Shown here: positions 49,983-51,894 of the stretch, in pieces
How the letters are laid out: each line of letters opens with the position of its first letter
How positions within the stretch are numbered: the stretch's first letter is position 1
Assembly (NCBI GenBank): GCA_031274955.1
Contig: JAISPQ010000135.1
Location: forward strand, 1-51,894
Direction: 5' to 3'
Length of the DNA stretch: 51,894 nucleotides
Source of the DNA: Rhodanobacter sp.
GTDB taxonomy: Bacteria; Pseudomonadota; Gammaproteobacteria; Xanthomonadales; Rhodanobacteraceae
Notes under the pieces: model-generated
Told to the model about the DNA's origin: nothing
Databases searched by the model: none
The model's input: the letters and a program-made list of their open reading frames with translations, nothing else
Made by a program: the position numbers and the translations under genes

Positions 49983-51005
49983 ATGGCCGTCGCGCTCGCC
50001 AGCTTTCGCGAACAGCTTGCCCGCGGCGAGTTGAAACCGGCGTATCTGATCGCCGGCGCCGAGCATTTGCTGGTGCTGGAAGCCGCCGATGCGCTGCGTG
50101 CGCGCACGAAAGAACTGGGCTATCTCGAACGCGACGTGCTGGACGCCGAAGCGAATTTCGATTGGAACCGCCTCGCCGATGCCGGCCGCGCGCTATCGTT
50201 GTTCGCGACGCGCAAGCTGATCGACCTGCGCATTCCCAACGGCAGGCCGGGCAAGGAAGGCAGCGCGGCGATCGCCGAGTTCTGCGCCTCGCCGCCGGCC
50301 GATACTGTGCTGATGGTGACCACGAACGATTGGAGCAAGAAGCACGAGGGCGCGTGGTCCAGCGCGATCGAGCGCGTCGGCGCGTATGTGCCGGTATGGC
50401 CGCTGCGCCGCGACGAACTGCCGGGCTGGATCGGCGTGCGGGCGAAATCGCGCGGGCTGAAGATCGCGCCCGATGCGGTCACGCTGCTTGCCGATCGCGT
50501 CGAGGGCAATCTGCTCGCCGCCGCGCAGGAGATCGACAAGCTCGCGCTGCTGCACGCCAGCGGTGGCATGCTCGATGTCGAGGCGCTCGAGGCCAGCGTG
50601 GCCGATGACGCACGCTACGACGTATTCCGCCTCGCCGATGCTGCGATCGGCGGCGATGCCGCGCGTGCGCTGCATATCGTCGCCGGTCTGCGCGAGGAGG
50701 GCGAGGAATTGATCCCACTGCTGGGCTGGATGATGACGCAGTTGCGCGTGCTGCTGCGGCTGACGAGGGCCGACAACCCCCACGCTGCGCTGGCCGGCGA
50801 ACGCATCTGGCCCAAGCCACGCGAAAACCTGTTCCGGCGCGCATTGAAAAACGCGGATCGCGAGCATTGGGAACGCTGTCTCGCGCAAGCCGGGCGCATC
50901 GACGCGATCGTCAAGGGCCGCGCGTCCGGCGACGGCTGGCGCGAACTGGAACGGCTGGTTGCGGCGATGGCCGCACCGCGGCGTGCGGCGGGATTGTTGG
51001 CGTGA
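49983..51005 (+). CDS. holA: DNA polymerase III delta subunit
   Basis: LKPAYLIAG, SLFATRKLIDL, RVEGNLLAAAQEIDKL, YDVFRL, IDAIVKG. Confidence 0.95.
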   Translation: MAVALASFREQLARGELKPAYLIAGAEHLLVLEAADALRARTKELGYLERDVLDAEANFDWNRLADAGRALSLFATRKLIDLRIPNGRPGKEGSAAIAEFCASPPADTVLMVTTNDWSKKHEGAWSSAIERVGAYVPVWPLRRDELPGWIGVRAKSRGLKIAPDAVTLLADRVEGNLLAAAQEIDKLALLHASGGMLDVEALEASVADDARYDVFRLADAAIGGDAARALHIVAGLREEGEELIPLLGWMMTQLRVLLRLTRADNPHAALAGERIWPKPRENLFRRALKNADREHWERCLAQAGRIDAIVKGRASGDGWRELERLVAAMAAPRRAAGLLA

Positions 51006-51308
51006 AAGAAGCAGGGAGCAGGTCTGAGGGAGTAGGGGAAGAAACGCCTCTCCCCTGCGCAAGCGCCCCCTACTTCGTCATTCCCGCGAAAGCGGGACTG
51101 CGAAGGCATGGATGCCCCAGCGAACGGCGCAGCCGGCCCGAAGAGCCCCCGATCAAGAGCACTTCGGGGGCAGAGCCTGCCCCCGAAGTGCTCTTGATCG
51201 GGGGCAAGCGGCGGGATCGCCGCGCGTCATCCGGCGTCTTTGCTCTTGCCTTGGAGGTATGGAAAAGCAAAAGGCACTGGGTTCCCGTCAGAAGCACGCG
51301 GGAACGAC
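51005..51308. repeat. Nested REP/REPIN composite with a perfect 29-bp hairpin
   Basis: GTCATTCCCGCGAAAGCGGGA (51077-51097) and an inverted partner ending GCGGGAACGAC (51308); perfect inverted repeat 51145-51173/51177-51205. Confidence 0.85.
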
Positions 51309-51392
51309 AAGCAGGATATGTTTTCGCCAGAACCTTCGAGCATTCGGATTTGTTCGATGAGTGAAGCGAACCACAAAAAAGGGATTGCCCCC

Positions 51393-51894
51393 ATGAGTGG
51401 CACCGTGCAGCCGCTCGCGATTCTTGGCGGCACCTTCGATCCGATCCACAACGCGCATGTGCGCGTCGCGTGGGAGGCGGCCGAGTTTCTCGACGCACAC
51501 GTCCGTCTCGTACCCGCCCATGTGCCGCCGCATCGCGATCCACCGGTCGCCACGGCCGCCCAGCGTGCGGCGCTCGTGCGCGCGGCGCTGACCGGGCAGG
51601 ATCGTCTGTGGCTGGATACGCGCGAGTTGCGCCGCGACGGGCCTTCCTACACCATCGACACGCTGCGCGAACTGCGTGCCGAGGTCGGCGCCACGCGGCC
51701 ACTGGTATTGCTGGTCGGCGCGGATGCGTTCAGCGGCTTGCCGGGCTGGCATTGCTGGCGCGGGCTGTTCGATCTCGCGCACATCGGCGTGCTGACGCGC
51801 CCCGGTCGTGACGCGGGCGCGTTGCCGACCGAATTGCACACCGAAGTCGCGGCGCGGCGCTGCGCGACGCCGGCGCTGCTGCGCGAGAGCGCAG
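51393..51894 (+). CDS. nadD: Nicotinate-nucleotide adenylyltransferase (partial, runs off the window)
   Basis: MSGTVQPLAILGGTFDPIHNAH, PPHR, GPSYTIDTL, LLVGADAF; not in the ORF track because it has no stop in the window. Confidence 0.95.
   Translation, partial: MSGTVQPLAILGGTFDPIHNAHVRVAWEAAEFLDAHVRLVPAHVPPHRDPPVATAAQRAALVRAALTGQDRLWLDTRELRRDGPSYTIDTLRELRAEVGATRPLVLLVGADAFSGLPGWHCWRGLFDLAHIGVLTRPGRDAGALPTELHTEVAARRCATPALLRESA

Overview
High-GC gammaproteobacterial chromosome. Gene content and order suggest Xanthomonadales (Rhodanobacteraceae-like); this is inference. Most of the window is core genes: the 3' end of parE, an alaA-type aminotransferase, an EamA transporter, recC-recB-recD-dusA, an HU-like protein, SDR, DUF456, GFA, USP, gap, a moxR/DUF58/DUF4381/VWA/VWA-TPR/batD cluster, pilMNOPQ, mrcA, gltA, L31 type B, YkgJ-like, aroE, hemB and lptE-holA-nadD (partial). 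Four accessory spots stand out. (1) A coupled pair of unknown genes directly after parE. (2) A ~1290-aa secreted repeat protein between gap and batD, flanked by REP-like palindromes. Its nine repeats show a co-varying Lys/Glu/Asn triad typical of CnaB-type isopeptide-bond domains, and it ends in an IPTL-CTERM-like tail. This is the best candidate for novel biology. (3) An Ig-like lipoprotein plus a cNMP-EAL gene between pilQ and moxR. (4) A decayed ~3-kb island between hemB and lptE. It holds an IS1634-like end missed by the ORF track, broken autotransporter genes, an intact vapBC and a broken RelE/HTH pair, and leuS is absent from its usual place before lptE. A nested REP-derived repeat with a perfect 29-bp hairpin lies between holA and nadD. 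No rRNA, tRNA or CRISPR array was seen. All family assignments are from motif recognition by eye, without database searches.
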